A stretch of 64,000 bases of DNA from the NCBI RefSeq assembly GCF_032191835.1, contig NC_083242.1, forward strand, positions 38,192,001-38,256,000, in the 5' to 3' direction. This document shows, in pieces, positions 48,353 through 59,100 of the stretch. A program made the position numbers and the translations under genes. Under the pieces are notes generated by a model. That model saw nothing but the letters and a program-made list of their open reading frames with translations. It was not told the DNA's origin and searched no databases. How positions within the stretch are numbered: position 1 is the stretch's first letter; the number at the start of each line of letters is the position of its first letter. This DNA is from Heteronotia binoei (taxonomy: Eukaryota).

Positions 48353-48465
48353 AGGTGAAGGAGCTGGCACTGGTGCCCCTGCACACCCCGCCCAGCGAGG
48401 CCGTGGCAGAGATCGATGCCCTCTACGACGTCTACTGGGATGTGGTCAGCAAGTGGGGCACCCAC
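48353..48465 (+). CDS. DNASE1: DNASE1 exon 5 (VKELALVPLHTPPSEAVAEIDALYDVYWDVVSKWGTH)
   Basis: 113 nt; H134. Confidence 0.93.
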
Positions 48466-48719
48466 GTAAGCCACACCAGGGCCCGGCAACTGCTCAGTCC
48501 CTGGGCGACCCGAACGCTGGGCTGGTCTGACCCGTCTCTTCTTCTGTTTTGTTGCTTCTCCGCTGCTCCCCTCTCTGGTGCCGTGTGTGTGCCAGGGAAT
48601 GCCCAAAGACTCCACCTCAGTGCCTGGCCCAGAAGCAGCTTGAATGCTGGGCAGTGGCTCGAATACTCTGGCAGCTGCTAAATTCTCCTGCGGTTCAGAG
48701 TCCGTTTGCTTCTTGGCAG

Positions 48720-48874
48720 GATGTGCTCTTCCTGGGGGACTTCAATGCTGACTGCTCCTATGTCCGCCCTGAGGACTGGCCCCGCATCCGCCTGCGCACC
48801 AGCAGCGACTTCCAGTGGCTCATCCCTGACACTGCCGACACCACCGTGACGAACACGGATTGTGCCTACGACAG
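48720..48874 (+). CDS. DNASE1: DNASE1 exon 6 (DVLFLGDFNADCSY...DTTVTNTDCAYDR)
   Basis: 155 nt; D168, N170, C173, C209, D212. Confidence 0.95.
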
Positions 48875-49044
48875 GTGAGCTGGTACCTGGCTGGGTCCCC
48901 AAGACTCTGTCCTGAAGCTTCCTCCCTTAGAGGGGCGACACAGAAAGGCAGGCTGGAGGGGAGGGGGTGAAATGCCCTTTTTTTTGGCCAGGAGATTCCC
49001 AGGCAAAGCAAGTCCCAAACTACCATCACTGACTGTACATGAGA

Positions 49045-49551
49045 TAGGGTTGCCAATCCCCAGGTGGGGGCAGGGGATCCCCTGGTTTGGAGACCCTCCC
49101 CCCGCTTCAGGGTCGTTAGAAAGCGGGGGGAGGGGAGGGAAATGTCTGCTGGGAACTCTGTTATTCCCTATGGAGATTTATTCCCATAGAAAATGATGGA
49201 GAATTGATCCGCGGGTATCTGGGGCTCTGCAGGGCTGTTTTTTGGGGTAGAGGCACCAAATTTTCAGTATAGCATCTAGTGCCTCTCCCCAAAATACCCC
49301 CCAAGTTTCAAAAAGATTGAACAAGGGGGTCCAATTCTATGAGCCCCAAAAGAAGGTGCCCCTATCCTTCATTATTTCCTATGGAAGGAAGGCATTGAAA
49401 AGGTGTGCAGTCCCTTTAAATGTGATGGCCAGAACTCCCTTTGGAGTTCAATTACGCTTGTCGCAGCCTTGATCTTGACTCCACCCCTAATGTCTCCTGG
49501 CTCCACCCCCAAAGTCCTCAGATATTTCTTGAATTGGACTTGGCAACCCTA
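49045..49551. mobile_element. ~500-bp hAT MITE in DNASE1 intron 6
   Basis: TAGGGTTGCCAA...TTGGCAACCCTA; TSD ACATGAGA/ACACGAGT (6/8). Confidence 0.85.
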
Positions 49552-49755
49552 ACACGAGTATGGCGGGGCTGTTGAGCTGTGTGGCTTCCTTCCTTTCCTG
49601 GCGGCTGCCTGATGGAACTTCCCCTCTCTGCCCAGAGGCCCTCTGACCACCCCTCAGCCTCTCTCCTGGACACCTCAAAGTGCTCCCCACATATTTCTGG
49701 AGCTCCCTCCCTCCCTCCCTCCCTCTCACATCTCTTTCTCCATGGTGCGTTGCAG

Positions 49756-49852
49756 GATTGTGGCTGCAGGGGCAAGACTGAGAGGCAGCACTGTGCCTGG
49801 AACAGGGCGAGTGAACGACTTCCAGAAGACCTTCGGCCTGAGCCAGAAGGAT
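49756..49852 (+). CDS. DNASE1: DNASE1 exon 7 (IVAAGARLRGSTVPGTGRVNDFQKTFGLSQKD)
   Basis: 97 nt, canonical splice sites. Confidence 0.9.
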
Positions 49853-50418
49853 GTGAGAAGCTCTTTGGAACACTGCCGCTTGGGGGTCAGCTGAGGCCTG
49901 GCCACGGGGCTGCAGGACTGGGGCTCAGGACCTCAGCAAACCTGAAGGATTATGATCTATGCTCCCTCCTGGGGTCATCGGGTCCTGCCTGGCCATGGGT
50001 GGGAGATGGGGGGGGAGCTCCAGGTTGGGGAGTTCCTGGAGGTTGGGGGTGGAGCCTGGGGGGGGCAGGGACCTCTGCAGTGGGGAGCAGGGCCACAGAG
50101 GCCACCCTTCAAAGCGCTAGTTTCCTGCAGGGGAACTGATCTCGGCCCTCTGGAGAGGAGCTGCAATGCCTGGAGGCTGGCATCCCTCCTATGCCCAGGC
50201 TCTCTCTGCCTGTTGCCAGGTCTGTGTGGGAAAACACCTGGAGACTTTGGGGGTGGAGCCAGAAGAGGGTGGGGTTTGGGGAGGGGAGGGGCCCAAGAGT
50301 CCCCCCTCCCAAGCTGCCATTTTCTCCCGGGGAGCTGATCTGTGCCAGCCGGACATCAGTTGCCATAGCGAGAGGCCTCACCTGCAGGCCCTACATTCCG
50401 TCCTTCTTTCCTTCCCAG

Positions 50419-50472
50419 GCCTTGGCTGTGAGTGACCATTTTCCTGTGGAAGTGACCCTGAAGTCCCTCTAG
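50419..50472 (+). CDS. DNASE1: DNASE1 exon 8 (ALAVSDHFPVEVTLKSL*)
   Basis: H252; total CDS 855 nt (284 aa); mature numbering matches human DNase I without gaps. Confidence 0.93.
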   Translation, partial: ALAVSDHFPVEVTLKSL

Positions 50473-50601
50473 GCTGCCTTCCTTTCCCTGCACACTGCCC
50501 AAGTGGCCCAGCAGCTCGGGGCTGCCAGACGCATCCCTCAAAGTCAACCTTTCTGTTTCCAAAGCAATCGGCACCATCTCTCACAAGCTCCCCCAAAATG
50601 T

Positions 50602-50607
50602 AATAAA
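50602..50607 (+). terminator. DNASE1 polyadenylation signal AATAAA
   Basis: 130 nt after the stop codon. Confidence 0.65.
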
Positions 50608-51544
50608 CGCTATTCAAATGTTTTTCTTGTTCTTCTGAAAGTCTCATGCCAGAGATCACAAGTGAATAGAAACCAGAGGGCAAGCCCCAGTTCTTGCTCA
50701 GACATGGGGTGCTTTCCCCTTGCAAGCGGAGTTCCTCCTTCTGCCCCTGGAACCTTCGCCATCCAGCCTCTTGGCTGCATCTCTGACCGAGAAGGAACCG
50801 TGCAGCAGCAGCAGCAGCCGCAAGGCTGGGGAAGCAAAAGTGCAGCCCTGAAAGTAGAAAAGCCAGCAGGGAAGAGCCTTCAGGGAACCACAGCGGTCTC
50901 TTATAAGGCAGGGAGAAGAACTGAAACACGGCAGTCCTCAGGCGGGCATTAATTTTGGGCCGTGTTCTAACTCAGCCCCATCCCCAACCTTTTAGAGGCT
51001 GTGGGCACCTTTGGCAGCCCCAGAGGATGGGAGCCACCACAAAATGGCCCTGCTGGAGATGGATCCACACGCAGATAGGAAGCCCAACGGCAGGCAGGGA
51101 AGGGACGTCAGTTTTAAAGACGCCGAGAAAGAGGAGAGAATACAAAACCAAAACGGAGGTGGCAGCCGTTGCCAAAACATTATTTTAATCTGCACAGCCA
51201 ATCAGATCTCCAGACCCATTTTCTAAAAACACGTGGGGAGTTCCCTGGCTCCCACGGGCTCTCTGTACTAGCTCAAGGGCAAACGACCCATTAAGCAAAA
51301 CTTCACAAGAGGATCTTCTTCTTCCTCCACTTCTGGAATTACTTTCTGGGACAATGAAGTATTTCCTGAAATAGACAGAGACTGTAGGCTGCAGTTTTGG
51401 TCCACTAGAATGTTTTAAAGCACACAGGACACAGAAACACACATGATCCCTGATACTGCTGTTTCTGATGGGACACACCTATAATATAGTGGGTTCAATG
51501 CATGGAGGAGACAAGGTTGCAGTGGTCGTAGCTGTTTTACATAC

Positions 51545-51775
51545 GAACATATATATGAACATATGAAGCTGCCTTATACTGAATCAGACCTTTGGTCCAT
51601 CAAAGTCAGTATTGTCTACTCAGACCGGCAGCGGCTCTCCAGGGTCTCAAGCTGAGGTTTTTCACACCTATTTGCCTGGACCCTTTTTTGGAGATGCCGG
51701 GGATTGAACCTGGGATCTTCTGCTTCCCAAGCAGATGCTCTACCACTGAGCCACCGTCCCTCCCCAAGTTACAGC
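51545..51775 (-). mobile_element. Full-length tRNA-derived SINE
   Basis: Highly similar to 8358-8583. Confidence 0.85.
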
Positions 51776-52915
51776 ATGGTAACCAGTAACTAAAGAAGAC
51801 TCCTTAACTGGGCCAGCTATATACACTTCAAGGTTCCCACGCAAGGACGCCAGTGGACCATTCAAACCAGCCAGGGGGCCGTGATTGGAGGGGGGCAGCA
51901 GGGGTTTGGATCCTGCCTTCCATTGTTCCTGAGTCCCCAAGCTCAGTCCTACCAGCTCCAAAGAGCCAGGCAAGAATACTGGCATTGTATAACATCAGTC
52001 TGCATACACAACACCACCAAAAAAAAAGAGGGGGAAGAATCCAAATCCAAAATGAAGCTAGGTACCACAAAGGGTGAGCAAAAAGCACATGAAAATTAAA
52101 AAAAAATGAATTTATTACACAAAGCACTTAAAATAGCAATTTTAAAAACATAAACCTTGAATTTAGCCTTTAGACTGAAAGCCACTGGACTGAAGGTATA
52201 GTGCAAATGAGCATCTCCGAGTCGGTGACAGACAAGCAGGACCACAGTTAACCTGACACCGTGAGCATCTCAGAGTTGACAGACCACAAAGAAAGCCCCA
52301 GTGGACCAGATGGTGGAATGCATTTCTGCCCCGTGAGCCTCCTTTGGCAGTCGCAAATACACACACAAGTGTTGATATAGATTCAGGCGGGTCGTCGTGT
52401 TGCTCTGAAGCAGCTTGATAAAGGCTGAGTCCAGTAGCAGCACTTTTGAGATCACACGAGAGCTTATCCCTTGACCAAAACGTTGTTGGTCTTAAAGGTG
52501 CCGCTGGATTCAGACTTGGTTCAAGTGCTGATGCAGTTAGCCAGGCGGCCCATTCCTGAGAAACAGTTCTGAGAAACAGACATTTATTGTCTCATGCAGC
52601 TGCCTTTGGTCCAAGAAGTTGGACAGGTATATAGGAAACATCAGAAAGAACTACAAGCATTGTTTGTTTGAGTCTACCCCAAAGCAACTAGCATAGTCCA
52701 GCTCTCCTCCATTCTGCCCTGACAACAGAGGCTGGTAGAAGTTGCGTTTGGCCCAAGGTCACCTAGCAAGCTTCTGTGGCAAAGCGGAGGATTTGAACCT
52801 GAGTCTCCTGAGCTCTTAACCACTAAGCAGTAGCAGCAGCCCTGTTGGTTGACAAATAAAACAGAGTTTAAGTCCACTGCGTGTGAAAGTGTATACTCAG
52901 AATTAAGCTTGTTGA

Positions 52916-53424
52916 TAGGGCTGCCAATCCCCAGGTGGGAGGGGGCAGGGGACCCCCGGTTTGGAGGCCCTCCCCCCGCTTCAGGGTCATCAGAAAGTAG
53001 AGGGGGAGGGAAATGCCTGCTGGGTATTCCATTATTCCCTATGGAGACTGGTTCCCATAGGGTATAATGGAGAATTGATCTGTGGATATTTGGGGCTCGG
53101 GGGGGGGGGCGGTGCTGTTTTTTGAGGTAGAGGCACCAAGTTTGCAGCATTATATCCAAAGGCTCTCCTCAAAACACCCTCCACGTTTCAAAAGGATCGG
53201 ACCAGGGGGTCCAATTCTATGAGCCCCCCAAAGAAGGTGCCTCTGTCCTTCATTATTTCCAATGGCGGGAAAGTATTTAAAAGGTGTGCGGTCCCTTTAT
53301 GACCAGAACTCCCTTTGGAGTTCAATCGTGCTTGTCACACCCTTGTTCCTGGCTCCGCCCCCAATGTCTCCTGGCTCCACCCCAAAGTCCCCAGATATTT
53401 CTTGAGTTGGATTTGGCAACCCTC
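52916..53424. mobile_element. ~500-bp hAT MITE abutting the INTS15 CpG island
   Basis: Same family; degenerate TSD CTTGTTGA/CTTGGTAG. Confidence 0.8.
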
Positions 53425-53439
53425 CTTGGTAGTCTTAAC

Positions 53440-54070
53440 AGTGATGCTGGACTCCAACTTTGTTCTATTACTATTAATATTATGGCGGCGCGGCGGCGAA
53501 GGTCGTTGCTGGTGACGAGAACAACGATGATAATGATGACGATAGAGCGGCGATTGTGACGTCACAAAGGAGCTGGGAGCCGCGTCGATAGGTCCGAAGC
53601 GCAGGGGTAAGCCCCGCCCCCGGACACGCCCACAGAGAAGCCTCCAAGTCCGCTCTCCCCCCGGCTGCCGGCAGGTGGCGCCGCAGAGCCGAGTCACGTT
53701 TGGCCCTCGGCGGCCGCCGTCGTCGTCATCGCGGCCGTGTCTGCCGGAGGGGGGGCGGGGAGCGGCGCGAGGGGAGCGGGCGCCTGACACGCGTCCCGGG
53801 CGCACGTGTGAACGATGAGCGACTTCCGGCTCTCACTGCTGCGGCGCGACGCCCTGAGCGCGGCCAAGGAGGTGCTGTACCACCTGGACATCTTCTTCAG
53901 CAGCCAGCTGCAGAGCGTGCCCCTCCCCATCGTGGACAAGGGGCCCGTCGAGCTCCTCGAGGAATTCGTCTTCCAGGCGCCCCCCAGCAAGGACCGCCCC
54001 GGCAGCGCCCCCGCCGCCTCCCCCGCCAAGGTAGGCCGCAGAGGGAGGGGGACACGCGTCTGGCTGCAGG
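53440..54070. promoter_or_regulatory. INTS15 CpG-island promoter
   Basis: CpG-dense; palindromic CRE GTGACGTCAC 53556-53565; GC box near 53612. Confidence 0.7.
53815..54030 (+). CDS. INTS15: INTS15 (C7orf26) exon 1 (MSDFRLSLLRRDALSAAKEVLYHLD...SPAK)
   Basis: Near-identical to human C7orf26 N-terminus; donor AAG|GTAGGC. Confidence 0.93.
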
Positions 54071-54207
54071 ATCCCTCCCCGGGCATTTGGTCAACAGGGA
54101 GGGGCCAGGCAGGCACCTCGGAGAACAGCCACGTTCGTGTACACACAGGGCACATGCTTTGACATATTTACTGCTTCACTGTTGTTCCCCCTTCATTGGA
54201 TCCATAC

Positions 54208-55030
54208 AGAATATAAGAGAAGAAGCCCTGTTGGGTCAGGCCAGTGGCCCCTCCAGTCCAACACTCTGTGTCACATAGTGGCAAAAAGAATCAAGAAGCC
54301 ATCAGGAGGTCCACCAGTGGGGCCAGGACACTAGAAGCCCTCCCACTGTGCCTCCACCCCGCAAGCACCAAGAATACAGAGCATCCCTGCCCTAGAGATT
54401 AGAACAAGAGAAGCCCTGTTGGATCAGCCCAATGGTCTATCCAGTCCAACGCTCTATGTCACACAGTGGCCAAAAACCCCAGGTGCCATCAGGAGGTCCA
54501 CCAGTGGGGCCAGGACACTAGAAGCCCTCCCACTGTGCCTCCACCCCGCAAGCACCAAGAATACAGAGCATCCCTGCCCTAGAGATTAGAACAAGAGAAG
54601 CCCTGTTGGATCAGCCCAATGGTCTATCCAGTCCAACGCTCTATGTCACACAGTGGCCAAAAACCCCAGGTGCCATCAGGAGGTCCACCAGTGGGGCCAG
54701 GACACTAGAAGCCCTCCCACTGTGCCTCCACCCCGCAAGCACCAAGAATACAGAGCAACACTCTCAGACAGAGAGTTCCAACAATATGCTGTGAGTAAGA
54801 GCCACTGATGGACCTCTGCTCCAGATGTTGATCCAATTCCCTCTTGAAGCTGGCTATGCTTGTGGCCGCCACCACCTCCTGTGGCAGTGAATTCCACGTG
54901 TTACTCACCCTTTGAGTGAAGAAGAATTTCCTTTTATCCTTTCTAACCCAACTGCTCAGCAATTTCATTGGGTGCCCACGAGTTCTTGTATTGTGATAAA
55001 GGGAGAAAAGGACTTCTTCCTCTACCTTTA
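54208..55030 (-). mobile_element. CR1 3' fragment with a triplicated 187-bp 3' UTR segment (INTS15 intron 1)
   Basis: Unit starts near 54208, 54401 and 54588; ORF2-end peptide at 54705-54968. Confidence 0.88.
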
Positions 55031-55549
55031 TCCCATGCAGCTGTTGGCTCCGTATCCTTGGCTGGTTGTCCCTGCTTTGTCTCAGAACATCTACATCATG
55101 TTATATGCTGATTTGGTTTTCAGTTCTGTCTATAAGTTTGAATGGTTTTCTCCCATTTCATTGTTAGCTGCAGAGGTGGGCGTGTACACACGACAGCTTA
55201 TTATACTTTGAATTAAACTTTGTGGATCTTAAAGGTTCCTGACTGGACTTAACTTTGTTCTGTTGCTTCAGACCAACACAGCTGTCCACCTGGATCTATT
55301 GAATTTATCATCATCATTAGCTGTCACAGTCAGATACAGAATAAAGTTGCATCCCCAGCATCTCCAGTTACAGATGAGAGAGTGGGTGAGGGGAAAGGCC
55401 CTTTTCTACCTGAGACCTTGGAGAGCAGCTGCCAGTCTGTGTCAGCAATATTATGATGGATGAAGGGTCTGATTCACTGCAAGACAGCTTCACATGAGCC
55501 CCCTGAGGGTTGGCGAACAGCAAAGGATGTTTTTTCTTTATGCTTGCAG

Positions 55550-55771
55550 AGACTGAACTCACTTCAGGAGCTCCAGCTGCTGGAGATCATGTGCAATTAT
55601 TTCCAGGAGCAAAGCAAGGACTCTGTCCGGCAGATCATCTTCTCCTCCCTCTTCAGCCCGCAAGGGAACAAGGCGGATGACTGCAGGATGGCCCTGCTGG
55701 GCAAGCTCGTCTCCATGGCGGTGGCCGTGTGCCGAGTGCCGGTCTTGGAGTGCGCGGCTTCCTGGCTGCAG
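55550..55771 (+). CDS. INTS15: INTS15 exon 2 (RLNSLQELQLLEIMCNYFQEQ...CAASWLQ)
   Basis: 222 nt, canonical splice sites, strong homology. Confidence 0.95.
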
Positions 55772-56162
55772 GTGAGGCTTGGGCCAGGGCATGTGCTGGG
55801 GGCAGGATCCCACCACCACAACTCCCTGCTCTGCATTCCGCTGCTGTGCAGCACCTTCTTGCAGGGCAGAGAAAAGGCTACTTGCCTCTGATTGGCTGAG
55901 GCATGCTTTCCCTTCAAGTCCTGAGGCAGAGATAGTATTTATTTCTTTAAAGCGTTATTAGCCACCTTTCTTCCTTATGGAGCTCATGGGTGACTAGCAG
56001 CAGAGACAAGATACGCAAAAAACAAAACTGAAACTCACAGTTCAGGACTGCTGCGTGAGTTCAGCCACACTCATCCCCCCCCCCGTCTCTTCCAGGTTCC
56101 CTCAGGAGCCACTCCCAGGCACTAGAGCCAAGTCAGCCCCTCTCCAGGTCTGCTGCTCTCCA

Positions 56163-59100
56163 AGGCACACAGAACAAACAGAGTTGGAAGGGATCCTCAG
56201 GGTCATCTAGTCCAACCCCCTGCACAATGCAGGGAACTCACAACTTTTCCCCCCTGCCCTCCTTCTCATGGTCTGCCCAAATTCACAAAATCAGCATTGC
56301 TGTCAGGTGGCCATCTAGCCTCTGTTGAAAAACCTGCAAGGAAGGAGAGCCCACCACCTCCCGAGGAGGAAGCCTGTTCCACTGAGGAACTGCTCTAAAC
56401 TCACAAACCCCTCCCCCTAAATTCACAGGATCTTCATTGCTGTCAGATGGCCATCCAGCCTCTGTTGAAAAACCTCCAAGGAAGGAGAGCCCACCACCTC
56501 CCGAGGAGGAAGTCTCTTCCACTGAGGAACCGCTCTAAACTCACAAACCCCTCCCCCTAAATTCACAGGATCCTCATTGCTGTCAGATGGCCATCCAGCC
56601 TCTGTTGAAAAACCTGCAAGGAAGGAGAGCCCACCACCTCCCGAGGAGGAAGTCTCTTCCACAGAGGAACCACTCTAAACTCAAACCCCTCCCCCTAAAT
56701 TCACAGGATCTTCATTGCTGTCAGATGGCCATCTAGCCTCTGTTGAAAACCCTCCAAGGAAGGAGAGCCCACCACCTCCCGAGGAGGAAGCCTGTTCCAC
56801 TGAGGAACTGCTCTAAACTCACAAACCCCTCCCCCTAAATTCACAGGATCTTCATTGCTGTCAGATGGCCATCCAGCCTCTGTTGAAAAACCTCCAAGGA
56901 AGGAGAGCCCACCACCTCCCGAGGAGGAAGTCTCTTCCACTGAGGAACCGCTCTAAACTCACAAACCCCTCCCCCTAAATTCACAGGATCCTCATTGCTG
57001 TCACATGGCCATCTAGCCTCTGCTTAAAAACCTCCAAGGAAGGAGAGCCCACCACCTCCCAAGGAGGAAGCCTGTTCCACTGAGGAACTGCTCTAAACTC
57101 ACAAACCCCTCCCCCTAAATTCACAGGATCTTCATTGCTGTCAGATGGCCATCCAGCCTCTGTTGAAAAACCTCCAAGGAAGGAGAGCCCACCACCTCCC
57201 GAGGAGGAAGTCTCTTCCACTGAGGAACCGCTCTAAACTCACAAACCCCTCCCCCTAAATTCACAGGATCCTCATTGCTGTCACATGGCCATCCAGCCTC
57301 TGTTGAAAAACCCCCAAGGAAGGAGAGCCCACCACCTCCCAAGGAGGAAGTCTCTTCCACTGAGGAATCACTCAAACAGTCATACAAGTCATGCTTGTAG
57401 CCGCCACCACTTCCTGTGGAAGGGATCTCCAGGATCATCTAGTCCAACCCCCTGCACAATGCAGGGAACTCACAAACACCTCCCCCTAAATTCACAGAAT
57501 CAGTATTGCTGTCAGATGGCCACCTAGCCTCTGTTGAAAAACCTGCAAGGAAGGAGAGCCCACCACCTCCCGAGGAAGCCTCTTCCACTGAGGCATCACT
57601 CAGTCATAGAATCACAGAGTTGGAAGGGATCTCTAGGGTCATCTAGTCCAACCCCCTGCACAATGCAGGGAACTCACAAACACCTCCCCCTAAATTCACA
57701 GGATCCTCATTGCTGTCAGATGGCCATCCAGCCTCTGCTTAAAAACCTCCAAGGAAGGAGAGCCCACCACCTCCCAAGGAGGAAGCCTGTTCCACTGAGG
57801 AACTGCTCTAAACTCACAAACCTCTCCCCCTAAATTCACAGGATCTTCATTGCTGTCAGATGGCCACCTAGCCTCTGCTTAAAAACCTCCAAGGAAGGAG
57901 AGCCCACCACCTCCCAAGGAGGAAGCCTGTTCCACTGAGGAACTGCTCTAAACTCACAAACCTCTCCCCCTAAATTCACAGGATCTTCATTGCTGTCAGA
58001 TGGCCACCTAGCCTCTGCTTAAAAACCTCCAAGGAAGGAGAGCCCACCACCTCCCAAGGAGGAAGCCTGTTCCACTGAGGAACTGCTCTAAACTCACAAA
58101 CCTCTCCCCCTAAATTCACAGGATCTTCATTGCTGTCAGATGGCCACCTAGCCTCTGCTTAAAAACCTCCAAGGAAGGAGAGCCCACCACCTCCCGAGGA
58201 GGAAGTCTCTTCCACTGAGGAATCACTCAAACAGTCATACAAGTCATGCTTGTAGCCGCCACCACTTCCTGTGGAAGGGATCTCCAGGATCATCTAGTCT
58301 AACCCCCTGCACAATGCAGGGAACTCACAAACACCTCCCCCTAAATTCACAGGATCTTCATTGCTGTCAGATGGCCACCTAGCCTCTGCTTAAAAACCTC
58401 CAAGGAAGGAGAGCCCACCACCTCCCAAGGAGGAAGCCTGTTCCACTGAGGAACTGCTCTAAACTCACAAACCTCTCCCCCTAAATTCACAGGATCTTCA
58501 TTGCTGTCAGATGGCCACCTAGCCTCTGCTTAAAAACCTCCAAGGAAGGAGAGCCCACCACCTCCCAAGGAGGAAGCCTGTCCCACTGAGGAACTGCTCT
58601 AAACTCACAAACCTCTCCCCCTAAATTCACAGGATCTTCATTGCTGTCAGATGGCCACCTAGCCTCTGCTTAAAAACCTCCAAGGAAGGAGAGCCCACCA
58701 CCTCCCGAGGAGGAAGTCTCTTCCACTGAGGAATCACTCAAACAGTCATACAAGTCATGCTTGTAACCGCCACCACTTCCTGTGGAAGGGATCTCCAGGA
58801 TCATCTAGTCCAACCCCCTGCACAATGCAGGGAACTCACAAACACTTCCCCCTAAATTCACAGAATCAGTATTGCTGTCAGATGGCCACCTAGCCTCTGT
58901 TGAAAAACCTGCAAGGAAGGAGAGCCCACCACCTCCCGAAGAAGCCTCTTCCACTGAGGCATCACTCAGTCATAGAATCATAGAATCACAGAGTTGGAAG
59001 GGACCTCCAGGGTCATCTAGTCCAACCTCCTGCACAATGCAGGGAACTCACAACTTCCCCCACCCCTGCCCTCCTTCTCATGATCTGCCTAAGTTCACAG

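Noticed and set aside
50972-51175. WGCQRCP peptide reminiscent of ZDHHC4, the human neighbour of INTS15
   Set aside because: Only a few residues match, it is on the opposite strand from the human arrangement, and there is no exon structure or DHHC motif.
56283-57438. Repeated 79-aa ORFs suggesting a tandem gene family or CRISPR-like array
   Set aside because: Products of the 140-bp CR1-derived monomer; no unique spacers, no cas genes, eukaryotic intron.
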